In this document: piece by piece, positions 47,301-57,500 of the stretch
Position numbering within the stretch: position 1 is the stretch's first letter
Layout: the number at the start of each line of letters is the position of its first letter
From: a virus
Taxonomy: Duplodnaviria; Heunggongvirae; Uroviricota; Caudoviricetes
Virus record (IMG/VR): IMGVR_UViG_3300027770_000048
DNA length: 64,000 nucleotides
Direction: 5' to 3' (one strand)
Position numbers and translations under genes: made by a program
Notes under the pieces: generated by a model
What the model was told of the DNA's origin: nothing
Databases searched by the model: none
The model's input: the letters and a program-made list of their open reading frames with translations, nothing else

Positions 47301-49653
47301 TGTGTTTGGTGTGGATAGTGAGGGAACTACAACAAATATTAATCCAGCAAAACAAAGAACATTTGAAATTTGGAGAAGAATAGCAAATAATTTACCTTAC
47401 TTATTAAAGCACAAAGGAACAAGACGTGGTATATATGCATTATTGAGTTGCTATGGTATACCATCATCAAATCTTTCAATTTTAGAATTTGGGGGCCCTG
47501 AAGTAACCAACATCTCAAAGAGTAAATTGGTAATGGATAATATTACAACCGCTCTTAATATGATAAGTGGTTCTTATATTCAATTTGAATGGAAAAATAC
47601 TGAAAGAAATAGAAAACCAGATACAATTGAATTTTTTGTAAAACCATATACATCAGGCAATTACAATATTATTAGTGGTAGTGGTGGTATGATATTAAAT
47701 TTAAGTGGAAGTACGGATAGTAATTATGGAGTTGTAACACTTAATTATAGTGGTTCTGCTATATCGTCATCTTTATTACCTATTTTCAATAATAGATTTT
47801 TTGGTATTGGAGTTAGTAGAGAAGTAAGTGGTAGTTATCATAATTTTGAATTAAACATAAGACAATCCGATAAGGAAAGAACTATATTTCAACAATCATA
47901 TTCATCGTCTATATTAGCTATATCATCTAATTGGAATAGTGGGTCGTATATTAGAATGGGTAATAATTTTACAGGCAGTGTTGATGAATTCCGTTTATGG
48001 AGTACACCATTACAAAGGGAAAGATTCTATGAGCACGTTTCATTTCCTGAAATGATTAATGGTAACCACATTTCGTCATCAACCGATGATTTATATTTCC
48101 GTTTAGATTTTGAATATCCTAAAAACCTAGCATTAACATCTTCTTTAATAAATGTTGATACAAATATGTATTTTTCATCATCACTTACTAGAAATGATTA
48201 TGAAGATGGAAGCAATCAAACAATATATTCTTTAAACCCATCTGCATCATTTACAGCAAGTGCATACGGCTTTAATTCTATAACAACATATCCATATCAA
48301 TTTGAACCAATAGATAGAAGTGTTGTTTTAGAAATACCAGATATGGGTTCTACAAGATATTCAACTAATAAAGTTAGATTTGAATCTCAAACCGATTTTG
48401 AGGGTAACGATGTAAGTGGTGGTGTTGATTTGTCGGTAAAAAGTAGAGCAACTAAAAAAGCATTTGACCAATCACCAACGGATTCAAATAGAGTGGGATT
48501 ATTTTTCTCACCTACAAAAGAATTAAATATTGATATTGCAAAATCGTTTGGTGGAATTAATTTAGATAATTATATCGGTGACCCAGGTGATAGAACAAAA
48601 TCAAATTATAAATCTTTAGATAATTTAAGAAACTATTATTTCCAAAGATTTGACAATAGAGATATTTACGCATACATCAACTTAATCAAACTATATGAGA
48701 AATCTATGTTTGAGGATATTAAGAAAATGTTACCTGCAAGAGTTAAAGCTACTACTGGTTTATTAATTGAACCACATATTTTAGAAAGAAGTAAGATTGC
48801 ACAAAAAGACCCAACCGGTCAAGAATATCAAAAAGAAACTGTAATTCATTATAACGACACTACAATTTTATATGGTGAAACTACTCAATACGAAACTATT
48901 GTTGATGCCGACTTATCCGAAAAAATAAGTGGAGAAAATAATCAATATTATGCAGAGATTTATACGGCATCATTGGATAGTATAATTGGAGAAAATTATC
49001 AATATGATGTAGAAATTTATACGGCATCACTACAAAGTATAAACGCAGAATCATATCAAAATGATGTTATAATAGATGCGGGGTTGGGATTACCAACAAT
49101 ATTAACCGAAATAGACATATACGATATTAATACCATAGTAGGACAGAGTGATTATGAAACAATCGGATTTGGTATTTATGCAGACAACGGACATGCGATT
49201 AGAACTTATTTTGACAAAGATGGTAGACGAGTTAAAGAAAGAATTAGAGTGGATTTAGTTAAGGAACAAAAGGAAAGAATCGTAACCAAATTCGCAGTAA
49301 CAGCATCTGCAATTGGATTAGGAGACCCTCGTGGTGGATATGTTTCTGATATTCAAACTTATTATGAAACTAGATTAAATATACAACCATTTTCAGGTTC
49401 AAAAGTAATTAACGCAGGAACAGGAAGTATTATAGAAGTAACACATTTGAACGGATATTTACCAACGCATTATAGAAATACATCTGATTTGACAAGAGGA
49501 TTAGAAAATTCATTCTTTAGAGGTTCAAAAAATACATCAGCAACAACATTAGATGGTAGCGAACCAATTGAAACATTTGTATCTAATCCAAATACATTAA
49601 CAGTAAATAGAACAGGTAGAAATACTTCTGAACCGATTTTGGAAGTAGAATAA
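44383..49653 (+). CDS. giant tail/baseplate-associated protein (1756 aa) with ConA-like/LamG domain
   Basis: GSVDEFRLWSTPL is typical of LamG/ConA-like lectin domains in phage fibres. Confidence 0.55.
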   Translation: MGAKHFKQYKANVENMGGEMTNPPWDGVGQYEAFPNLSGGSPGGGGYTPPVAPNPTFIPPSYTNNDAGALKIYLSSAENTQFERDGNNIGIGVSTIDTFAPSSTFGSSRTYKAITNNKIAVNYFTVSVSKKYSYTADLQFEPLYLNINPFSSIFGGMGSNTGFSGLSEYGTYNNVFNYNYKPSLTTNDVLFTEVIAIQEFTLNDNGTYDSSERRLDSTSGTINLEFKFKEIEILNNLPALPLIPEIVINYEIGFSSNFKNELGEILKLNYEILSNSDEKVDSGAIKLVDGNTNNKSINKSVLENAYINLSIVGDISAAYLYKNIYYASLTIAQNSPEGDYSKWKSVGKAFRLTGKELSSGIVVIAILEKEINVAAPVIMVSDTKYNIQVKDSDLEKEVKISFRTENADEVVAYTSTDKYILTKADVGYVTLYFQKDFNEVYGTKKVILTPKSKLYGTGERVEILITFTAINDYPSITQVLFPEAIDVPSFSDLQIEWEVEYNTFATSFVDVFLLLKNKTKVGLFEKLAPNGSFKINLRNLADRFPQWNGSDNISLYLLPRNNGGSEALIGNEYEIVTQIFYPSIYLDEDSIKKSIYDAFINKLSFIEPTKDSKYLTHLANFDNNEQILVSSYEEDNWTLSSKRKDALGNELVDKEVKSVILKLYSPIPANINENSTFWITKLMSNPLIETIILNEQDTLKCPPIKGPNFNIEVDFTTGKSTGYESLDNLILSSSTSTNNLVTTYLSSSLSYQSDLNIDYASGSNALEGYLWDNFVHFSSATERLDNFIYKVQLIEKYETLYNATYSTGSAPLSGSHTGSLSAIQERERQLLKKNQILQGFDGFETFLYTSSSLSWPCDINSKLLNHTSSTVINWYASASVAAETFDLENPNWIMNNVPTFINDVENSESFHLLLNMLAHHFDVIYYYTKAIENGRGLGYKSKNGVPDKLLFDVLKSFNWDAKNLADDAKLWEYVFGVDSEGTTTNINPAKQRTFEIWRRIANNLPYLLKHKGTRRGIYALLSCYGIPSSNLSILEFGGPEVTNISKSKLVMDNITTALNMISGSYIQFEWKNTERNRKPDTIEFFVKPYTSGNYNIISGSGGMILNLSGSTDSNYGVVTLNYSGSAISSSLLPIFNNRFFGIGVSREVSGSYHNFELNIRQSDKERTIFQQSYSSSILAISSNWNSGSYIRMGNNFTGSVDEFRLWSTPLQRERFYEHVSFPEMINGNHISSSTDDLYFRLDFEYPKNLALTSSLINVDTNMYFSSSLTRNDYEDGSNQTIYSLNPSASFTASAYGFNSITTYPYQFEPIDRSVVLEIPDMGSTRYSTNKVRFESQTDFEGNDVSGGVDLSVKSRATKKAFDQSPTDSNRVGLFFSPTKELNIDIAKSFGGINLDNYIGDPGDRTKSNYKSLDNLRNYYFQRFDNRDIYAYINLIKLYEKSMFEDIKKMLPARVKATTGLLIEPHILERSKIAQKDPTGQEYQKETVIHYNDTTILYGETTQYETIVDADLSEKISGENNQYYAEIYTASLDSIIGENYQYDVEIYTASLQSINAESYQNDVIIDAGLGLPTILTEIDIYDINTIVGQSDYETIGFGIYADNGHAIRTYFDKDGRRVKERIRVDLVKEQKERIVTKFAVTASAIGLGDPRGGYVSDIQTYYETRLNIQPFSGSKVINAGTGSIIEVTHLNGYLPTHYRNTSDLTRGLENSFFRGSKNTSATTLDGSEPIETFVSNPNTLTVNRTGRNTSEPILEVE

Positions 49654-49701
49654 ACGGATTTTTAAAATAATTATATTTATAAACAAAGATAATATTATAC
49701 T

Positions 49702-50325
49702 ATGGGATATTTAAGTAACACAGAATTAACCGTTGACGCTATTCTTACCAAAAAAGGTAGAGAAAAATTAGCAGCCGGGCAAGGTTTAAACATTACTCAA
49801 TTTGCATTAGCAGACGATGAGATTGATTACACACTTTACGAACCAGCTCACCCATTGGGTTCAGCTTATTATGATGCAGCAATTAAAAATATGCCTGTAT
49901 TAGAAGCTAATCCAGATGAGACTCAAGTAATGAAGTATAAGTTAGTAACTTTACCAAAAAACACAACTCGTATTCCGGTTGTTGAATTTGGAGTTCCTAA
50001 TATTGCAGTTAATCAAAAAAGTGGTGAGGTTGCATTATCTCCAACTACATCTCCAGCAGGAAATAGAAGTTTAGGATATACAATTGTATTATCTAACAAA
50101 AATGCAGGTGATATTATTGGTGAAGGTGTAACATCTGATATTGGTTCAGTTCCAATATTCATCGGTGATGATGTATCTGCAACAGCAGCAATTGCAAAAG
50201 GATTATCATTTAAATTTATTCCAAATCCATCATTAACGTCAACCATTAGAACTACAATTACAGTTTATGGTAACGAAACGGGTGGTTCACAAACAATTCC
50301 AATAACAGTAACTTACGTTCAATAA
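49702..50325 (+). CDS. structural protein (207 aa)
   Basis: ORF track. Confidence 0.45.
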   Translation: MGYLSNTELTVDAILTKKGREKLAAGQGLNITQFALADDEIDYTLYEPAHPLGSAYYDAAIKNMPVLEANPDETQVMKYKLVTLPKNTTRIPVVEFGVPNIAVNQKSGEVALSPTTSPAGNRSLGYTIVLSNKNAGDIIGEGVTSDIGSVPIFIGDDVSATAAIAKGLSFKFIPNPSLTSTIRTTITVYGNETGGSQTIPITVTYVQ

Positions 50326-50334
50326 TAAAATACC

Positions 50335-51582
50335 ATGGCAGTAATAAGAGACAATAGAGGGGCCCTTTTAGCAAGTAACATATCGCAATACTTAGCAGGT
50401 GCAGCAAACACCGCAGGAACTCCCGTAGATACTAGCGAATTAGTTAGAATCGTAAACCAATTTTTAGGAACCGGTGAACAAATCAGCTCGGATATAACTA
50501 CCATCACAAATGGTATTTACAAAAAGTTCGGAGCTATTGATAAAGTAACTAATAGAACCGAAATCGTAACTTCTGGAATATGGAGTGGAGACACAGGTTC
50601 ATTAGATGTAAAAGCAAACTATACTTCATCTGCACAAGTTGCATCTACAAGTGGTAAATACTATTTAGATGTTTATAACACAACGGCAACAGGTTCTGGA
50701 GAAGTTCAGTTTTCAATTGCATATGGTGATGTAAGTGGATTTGGTGCACCTACTATATCTCAAAATGATGATTCAACTTTACCAACCAAAGCAACTTATA
50801 ATCAATATAAGAATGTATTATTAGATAGTGCAGATAATTTCTTTAGTGTATATAGTGGTTCAACTGCAGGTGCTGCAGATATGACATCTTTCTACGCAAT
50901 CAATATAAATAGAGCTAGATACAAAGAAAGATTAGACCCAGGAAATATTTCAATAGATTTTTCAGGTTCAGTTAGACGTATTACTTTAATTGATGATAGT
51001 GGTGGAACTGACGAAAATGTAACAACTGCAGGTAGAGTTTATAACTTAGTTAGTGGTTCATTAAATATTGGTTCAGCATTAACTGCATCAATCGCGCCAA
51101 CTAACGGATATAGTGCACCTAACGGAAAAGGATATGGTTTATTTTATCCAGATATGGGTATTATATTATTAAATCCAAATGCATTAGCATCGGCTTGTGA
51201 CCCAAAATTAGGACAAGCAAGTGGCTCAATAATTAATGTCTATCACCAAAACAATGGTAACAACTCAGGTTCGGTTGCATTATTGATGGCAATTAGTGGT
51301 GGTGCAGACTTACAAATAAGAAGAACTGAAAATGTTTCTACATCTCATTATTTTGTAAGAGCAAATAATAGAGAATTTAACTTCTCAAATAATCCAACAT
51401 TTGTAACAGGTTCAGTAGGTGCATTTGCTCAATCATTATTTGAAAGAGACCCACATGTTTATATTACAACAGTAGGTTTATACGATGACGCAAACGAATT
51501 ATTAGCAGTAGCAAAAACTTCCAAACCGGTTGAAAAATCATTTGATAAGGAAATTGCAATTAAAGTTAAATTAGACTTCTAA
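50335..51582 (+). CDS. fibre-like structural protein, paralog A
   Basis: C-terminus YITTVGLYDDANELLAVAKTSKPVEKSFD aligns with PFITTIGLYDDDCQLVAVAKLPQPIKSESD of the next gene. Confidence 0.5.
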   Translation: MAVIRDNRGALLASNISQYLAGAANTAGTPVDTSELVRIVNQFLGTGEQISSDITTITNGIYKKFGAIDKVTNRTEIVTSGIWSGDTGSLDVKANYTSSAQVASTSGKYYLDVYNTTATGSGEVQFSIAYGDVSGFGAPTISQNDDSTLPTKATYNQYKNVLLDSADNFFSVYSGSTAGAADMTSFYAININRARYKERLDPGNISIDFSGSVRRITLIDDSGGTDENVTTAGRVYNLVSGSLNIGSALTASIAPTNGYSAPNGKGYGLFYPDMGIILLNPNALASACDPKLGQASGSIINVYHQNNGNNSGSVALLMAISGGADLQIRRTENVSTSHYFVRANNREFNFSNNPTFVTGSVGAFAQSLFERDPHVYITTVGLYDDANELLAVAKTSKPVEKSFDKEIAIKVKLDF

Positions 51583-51605
51583 TCGGAGAATAAAATAAAA
51601 ACTAT

Positions 51606-51631
51606 GGCCCACCTTAATTTGGTGGGTTTTT
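51606..51631 (+). terminator. rho-independent terminator
   Basis: gcccaccttaatttggtgggt + tttt. Confidence 0.65.
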
Positions 51632-51655
51632 AGTTTTAAGATATTTATAAGTGAT

Positions 51656-52819
51656 ATGTTAAAAAGAATACCAAAGTCAGATATTAGTATTAGGCCGTTT
51701 AAGGCATATAAAGAATGGAGCTTTTCTAGTGGTTCTACACAAATTGATTTATTAGAAGCAAATATCGGTTCATCGGATTTATCAGGTTTATATCCTAAAA
51801 ATTCTATATACGGACAATTAAGAGCACAATTTTATAGTGGAAACGAAGATAATCCATTTACAAGAACAGGTCATAAAAATAATGAATACAATAATAGTGA
51901 TGCCTCAAAAGATAGATTTTTAAGTGGTAGTGCAAAAGTAATTTCTATACCACAAATATATGTTGGAGAAGGTATTAAAAAAGGGTCTGTTTTATTAGTA
52001 GATGGTAATACGGAATATGTAGATGATTTATACGGAAATATAATAGATACTTCAGGAGATAGCATAACTATAATTTCGGTTGATATTGAAAATGATGAAA
52101 TAATATTTACAGATTTGTTAGCAACACCATATACTGCCTCTTTTCAATTTATGGGATTTGATATAGAAAATGGTATATTCAATTTAGTATATAACGGAGA
52201 GAACTATGATAGTAATATTATATCATTTGATGTAGAATCAGGTATAATGGTTGTAGATAATATTGAATTTTTACAAGGGGGAGCTGCTGTTAGTAAAATT
52301 GGTAATGTATTCTATAATCAAGGATTAATTGTAATAACAAGGGATGTTGCTAATAAGTTAATAAGTGGGTGGCAATTAGATTACAAATCCACTCAAACTA
52401 TATATGAACATGAATATCTTTTAATTTCAAATGAAGATGAATTCAATGTTTCAACAAACCCTTCCGCAGTAATAGAAGTTGGAAAAGAAACGGAATTTAT
52501 AACAGGTAGTGATAATAAAATTTACAAAGCAACTACAAATCCAGGAGTTAAATATATTCGTAAAAAATCTACATTAGAAAATGGAAACATATTAGATTAT
52601 AGATTTGGCTCAGCTTATAGTAGTTCAATTAGTGGTGGATTTGAACATTATGATTTAAGTAGTTCAGTTGATACTACGGGTTCATTTCTTTTACCATTTA
52701 TTACAACAATAGGTTTATATGACGATGATTGTCAATTGGTAGCGGTTGCAAAACTTCCACAACCAATTAAATCCGAATCGGATATTACTGTAAACTTTAT
52801 TGTACGATTTGATACTTAA
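51656..52819 (+). CDS. fibre-like structural protein, paralog B
   Basis: Shared C-terminal domain with 50335-51582. Confidence 0.5.
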   Translation: MLKRIPKSDISIRPFKAYKEWSFSSGSTQIDLLEANIGSSDLSGLYPKNSIYGQLRAQFYSGNEDNPFTRTGHKNNEYNNSDASKDRFLSGSAKVISIPQIYVGEGIKKGSVLLVDGNTEYVDDLYGNIIDTSGDSITIISVDIENDEIIFTDLLATPYTASFQFMGFDIENGIFNLVYNGENYDSNIISFDVESGIMVVDNIEFLQGGAAVSKIGNVFYNQGLIVITRDVANKLISGWQLDYKSTQTIYEHEYLLISNEDEFNVSTNPSAVIEVGKETEFITGSDNKIYKATTNPGVKYIRKKSTLENGNILDYRFGSAYSSSISGGFEHYDLSSSVDTTGSFLLPFITTIGLYDDDCQLVAVAKLPQPIKSESDITVNFIVRFDT

Positions 52820-52848
52820 TCTTATATTTATATACAAAAACAAATAAC

Positions 52849-53133
52849 ATGTCAAAAATTTTAGAATTATACAAAGCAAATACGAATACATCTTTCACAA
52901 AAGGTGGACCAGATGTTAAAGCTTGGGAATCTTTTAGAAAAGATATCACCCCATACACTAAAGGGCCAAGAGACAAACAAGCGGCAGATGACGATGAAGG
53001 TGTGGCTTCTTTTGAAAAAAAGAAAGGCATTGGCAGATACCAATTAGGTGATTTGGGTGCAGGAAGTACATACGTTGGTGGAGCAACATCTACCAAAAAG
53101 TATTCTTCAACTGTTAAGAAAGACCCTTCATAA
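52849..53133 (+). CDS. hypothetical protein (94 aa)
   Basis: ORF track. Confidence 0.4.
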   Translation: MSKILELYKANTNTSFTKGGPDVKAWESFRKDITPYTKGPRDKQAADDDEGVASFEKKKGIGRYQLGDLGAGSTYVGGATSTKKYSSTVKKDPS

Positions 53134-53145
53134 TAAACAAATTTA

Positions 53146-53571
53146 ATGGTTAAAAAAGTTACAAAAAAGAACAATCCTAAATGGGTTGCACAAAAATATG
53201 GATTTAAGTCTGGTTTAGAAGAAACCATTTCTCAACAAATAGAATCACAAGGAATTAAAGTAGAGTATGAAACTGAAAAGGTTCCATACATAATTCCTGC
53301 ATCCACACACCACTATCATCCCGATTTCAAATTACCCAATGGTATTAGAATAGAGACAAAAGGTAGGTTTGTGGCAGCTGACCGTAAGAAACACTTATTG
53401 GTTAAAGAACAAAACCCAAATATGGATATTAGGTTCGTATTTTCCAATTCAAAGAACAAAATCACCAAAAAGTCCAAAACGACCTATGGGGATTGGTGTG
53501 AAAAGAACGGATATAAATATTCGGACAAAATCATCCCAAATGAGTGGTTTTTAGAGGAAAATAGACCGTAA
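53146..53571 (+). CDS. T7 endonuclease I-like Holliday-junction resolvase
   Basis: Near-colinear with T7 gene 3 from memory: GIKVEYETEKVPYIIPAS.H.Y.PDF.LPNGI..ETKG....DRKKHLL..EQ.P..DIR.VFS. Confidence 0.85.
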   Translation: MVKKVTKKNNPKWVAQKYGFKSGLEETISQQIESQGIKVEYETEKVPYIIPASTHHYHPDFKLPNGIRIETKGRFVAADRKKHLLVKEQNPNMDIRFVFSNSKNKITKKSKTTYGDWCEKNGYKYSDKIIPNEWFLEENRP

Positions 53572-53575
53572 AATA

Positions 53576-53609
53576 TTTGGTAATATCAAATATTTGTCGT
53601 ATATTTAAG
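53576..53609 (+). promoter_or_regulatory. conserved phage promoter element
   Basis: tttggtaatatcaaatatttgtcgtatatttaag; ends 2 nt before the GTG start of the primase gene. Confidence 0.6.
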
Positions 53610-53611
53610 TC

Positions 53612-54553
53612 GTGTTGAAGCAAAATGATAAGAATATAGTCGTATCTACCCTTACTGGTATTTTAGGTAGTTATCTCAATCTCAAAGGAAATGAGTTAGC
53701 ATTTTACTGTCCTTTCTGTAATCACCACAAACAAAAACTCCAAGTTAATACGGAAACCCAAAAATGGCATTGTTGGACTTGCAATAGTGGTGGTAAGAAA
53801 TTGACCTCATTATTAAAAAAGTTAGATGTTGATAGAAAGGTTATTTCGGTTATTAGAGAGATATACGGAGATAGCAATTATAACCCACTTTTAGAGGATG
53901 TCGATACAAAGGTGTTCATTTCCTTACCAAAAGAATTTATAAGTCTTAGTGAGGTTCCTAAAGGATTTAATCCAGAATATAAACACGCAATACACTATCT
54001 TAATCAAAGAGGTATTACCGAAAAAGATATAATCAAATATAATATAGGATATTGTAAGGAGGGGTTATATGGACAACGAGTAATTATACCATCATACAAT
54101 TCCGATGGTTCATTAAATTACTTTGTTTCTCGTTCGTATTATCCGGAGAACAAAATGAAATACAAAAATCCTCCAATCAGTAAAAATGTAATATGTTTTG
54201 ACTCTCAGGTAAATTGGAACGAACCGATTATACTTTGTGAGGGCGTATTTGATGCTATTACTATTAAAAGAAATGCAATTCCATTATTAGGTAAATTTCC
54301 ATCAAGAATATTGGTTGAAAAAATCTTTATGAGTGGAATTACCGATATTATTATTTCATTAGACAACGATGCAATAAATGAGGCACTTAAAGCTGCCGAA
54401 TATTTTAGAAAGCAAGGTATTCATGTAAAAATGATGTATCTTAAAGACAAAGATGCCGCCGATATGGGGTATGAAAAATTCTATGAGGAATTAAAGAAAA
54501 CCAAAGAGTTTTCTCCCGAAGAATTATTATTAAACAAAATAAACTCACTATGA
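53612..54553 (+). CDS. DNA primase (Zn-ribbon + TOPRIM)
   Basis: FYCPFCNHHKQKLQV...WHCWTCNSGG zinc ribbon; TOPRIM ILCEGVFDAITI ... ISLDNDA; non-ATG (GTG/TTG) start. Confidence 0.7.
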   Translation: MLKQNDKNIVVSTLTGILGSYLNLKGNELAFYCPFCNHHKQKLQVNTETQKWHCWTCNSGGKKLTSLLKKLDVDRKVISVIREIYGDSNYNPLLEDVDTKVFISLPKEFISLSEVPKGFNPEYKHAIHYLNQRGITEKDIIKYNIGYCKEGLYGQRVIIPSYNSDGSLNYFVSRSYYPENKMKYKNPPISKNVICFDSQVNWNEPIILCEGVFDAITIKRNAIPLLGKFPSRILVEKIFMSGITDIIISLDNDAINEALKAAEYFRKQGIHVKMMYLKDKDAADMGYEKFYEELKKTKEFSPEELLLNKINSL

Positions 54554-57500
54554 GTAGTAAATTAAAAACAATTTACCACATTGCCGATGTACACATCCGT
54601 AATGTAAAAAGACACAAAGAGTATAGACAGGTATTTGAAAAAATGTTTGAGGAAATCCGTAAAAGAGGAACCGAAGATGCGATTATATATTTAGCAGGTG
54701 ATATTGCCCACGCTAAATTAGAAATGTCACCAGAATTAGTCAACGAAATAAGTTGGTTATTCAAAGAGTGTGCTAAAACTTGTCCTACAATTCTTATTAC
54801 CGGAAATCACGATTGTAATATGAATAATATGGATAGAATGGATGTTCTTACTCCATTGGTTGACGCATTAGAGTTAAAAGACTTTTATTATTTAAGAGAT
54901 ACACAGGTATTTTCTATTGGTGGTATTGATTTTTCAGTATTTTCAATTTTAGATAACAAAGACAATTGGATTAGTGCTGACAAAATGTTTGGTAATAAAA
55001 AGATTGCGTTATTCCACGGACCTGTTGATAATTCACAAACTGATATTGGATATGTTGTAAGTAGTAGACATTTTACAACGGATATATTTGATGGTTTTGA
55101 TTTAGCCTTATTAGGTGATATCCATAAGCGTCAAGAAATGATAAGTCCGAAAGGTTGTAAGGTAGTTTACGCGGGTTCTCTATTACAACAAAACTTTGGT
55201 GAGACATTAGACAGACATGGATTTTTAGCATGGGATTTAGACACAATGACCTATGAGGAAATTGACATTCAAAATGATTATGGTTATTATACTATGGATA
55301 TTGACAATGGTAAGGTTCCAGTTGTAAACGATATGCCAAAACACCCTCGTTTAAGAGTAAGATTGTCAAATACCGATACTGCGGACACTAAAAAGGTAAT
55401 TGCAGAAATTAAAATGAAATATGGTGTTGATGACTTTACAATTATTAGAACCGACTCACTATCAAAAAAGAAAACAGGAGATAGAGGTAATAAATTAGAC
55501 TTTGAAAACATTGCAGATATAAACTATCAAAACTCTTTAATAAATGAGTATGTGGAAAGAATGATGCCGTTTGTTGATGCAAAAGATTTAGGTGAATTAG
55601 AAAAGATAAACAGAGATGTCAATAGTAGAATTACACATGAGGAAACTTTAAGAAACATTTATTGGAAACCGATTAGATTTGAGTTTTCTAATATGTTTAG
55701 TTATGGTGAGGACAATAAGATTGATTTTAATAAGTTAAACGGATTGATGGGATTGTTTGCACCCAATGCACAAGGTAAGTCATCTATCTTTGACGCAATT
55801 TCTTTTTGTCTTTATGATAAAAGTAGTAGAGCATTCAAAGCACAAAATATCTTAAACAATAGAAAGCAAGATTTTAGTTGTCATTTACATTTTCAAATTG
55901 AAGGTATAGATTATCATATTGAAAGAACTGCAAAAACTATAAACAAAGGAAAAAATGTTAAAGTTGATGTTCAGTTTTATAGACAAGATGGTGATGACAA
56001 AGTATCATTGAACGGAACCGAAAGGAGAGACACAAATACAGTAATTGAACAATATGTTGGTAAGTATGAAGATTTCGTATTGACTGCATTATCGTTACAA
56101 GGTAATAACTCTATATTCATTGACAAATCACAAAGTGAGAGAAAAGACTTACTTGCTCAATTTATGGGATTGAATGTTTTTGACAAATTATATGAAACAG
56201 GAATTGAAGATATTAAAGAAGTTTCAGTATTGATTAAAAACTTTAAGAAAAATGACTTTACTACCGAACTCGCAGATAAAGCAAATGACTTAAAAGAAAA
56301 GAAAGGTGAGTTAAAAGAATTAGATAATGAATTGACTAGATTGAATGCCGACAAAGATGGTTTGGATAGTGTTATATTGGATTTGAGTAGAAACCTTACT
56401 CCTATTGATGGTAATTTAGACTTACCTACATTGGAAGCAAAGAGAGATGACTTAAAATTACAATTAGAACAATTGGAGAAAGATTATGAAACCAAAGAAG
56501 TTAAAATTGAAGAATATACAAACTTACTTACGGAACTTTCACAATCAATTGAAGATAGAAAGACTATAAACGATACTCCAATTGAAGATTCTATAAAACA
56601 ATATGATATTGCATTAAATTCAAAGAAAAATACAGGACATTATATTCAATTATTAGAACAGACAATTGAGTCTAACCAAAAGAAGATTTCACATTTAGAT
56701 AGTCATGAGTATGACCCAAATTGTAAGTTTTGTTGTGATAATGTATTCGTAAAGGATGCAATGAAAGCAAAAGAAGATATTATAAAGCAAGGTGATGAAA
56801 TGGAAACCTTAAATATTAGTTATGATGCCTTATTAAATCAAATTACACTTTTTGGTGATATTGAAACACAATGGAATGAATATAGTGATTTGAAAACCAA
56901 ATGGTCAAAAGGAAATGTCATTAAAGAAAAAACACAAGCCGAATTGACTGGATTAGATACAAAGAAAGAATTATTAGAAATCCAATTGGACAGTGTAGAG
57001 GATGATATTGAAAAGTATTATGAGAATGAGGACACTATTCAAAGTAATAAAGAGTTAGAAAGTCAAATCAAACAATTAGAAACTGAAAAGAAAAGCTTTG
57101 AGTTGGACATTAAAGATATCAGTAAACAAATAGCAACTACAAATGGTTCTATATCATCATTACAGACTTATATAGATAGTATCAAACAAAAGATGAATGA
57201 GGTTAAGGACTTAGAAGAAAAGAACCGATTATACACCTATTATTTAGATGCTGTAAAGAGAGATGGTATTCCATATGAATTAATTTCAAAAGCATTACCT
57301 GTTATTGAGAATGAGGTAAACAATATCCTTGCACAAGTTGTAGACTTTGGTGTGACAATGGAAATGGATGGTAAATCAATCAATGCAAAAATAGTTTACG
57401 AAGACCAGGAATGGCCATTGGAGATGTGTAGTGGAATGGAGAAGTTCGTTAGTGGACTTGCTATTAGAGTTGCACTTATTAATGTATGCAACTTACCTCG

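Noticed and set aside
53369-53554. + strand ORF (61 aa) in another frame inside the endonuclease I gene
   Set aside because: Fully embedded in a gene with a near-colinear T7 endonuclease I match, so it is a frame artefact.
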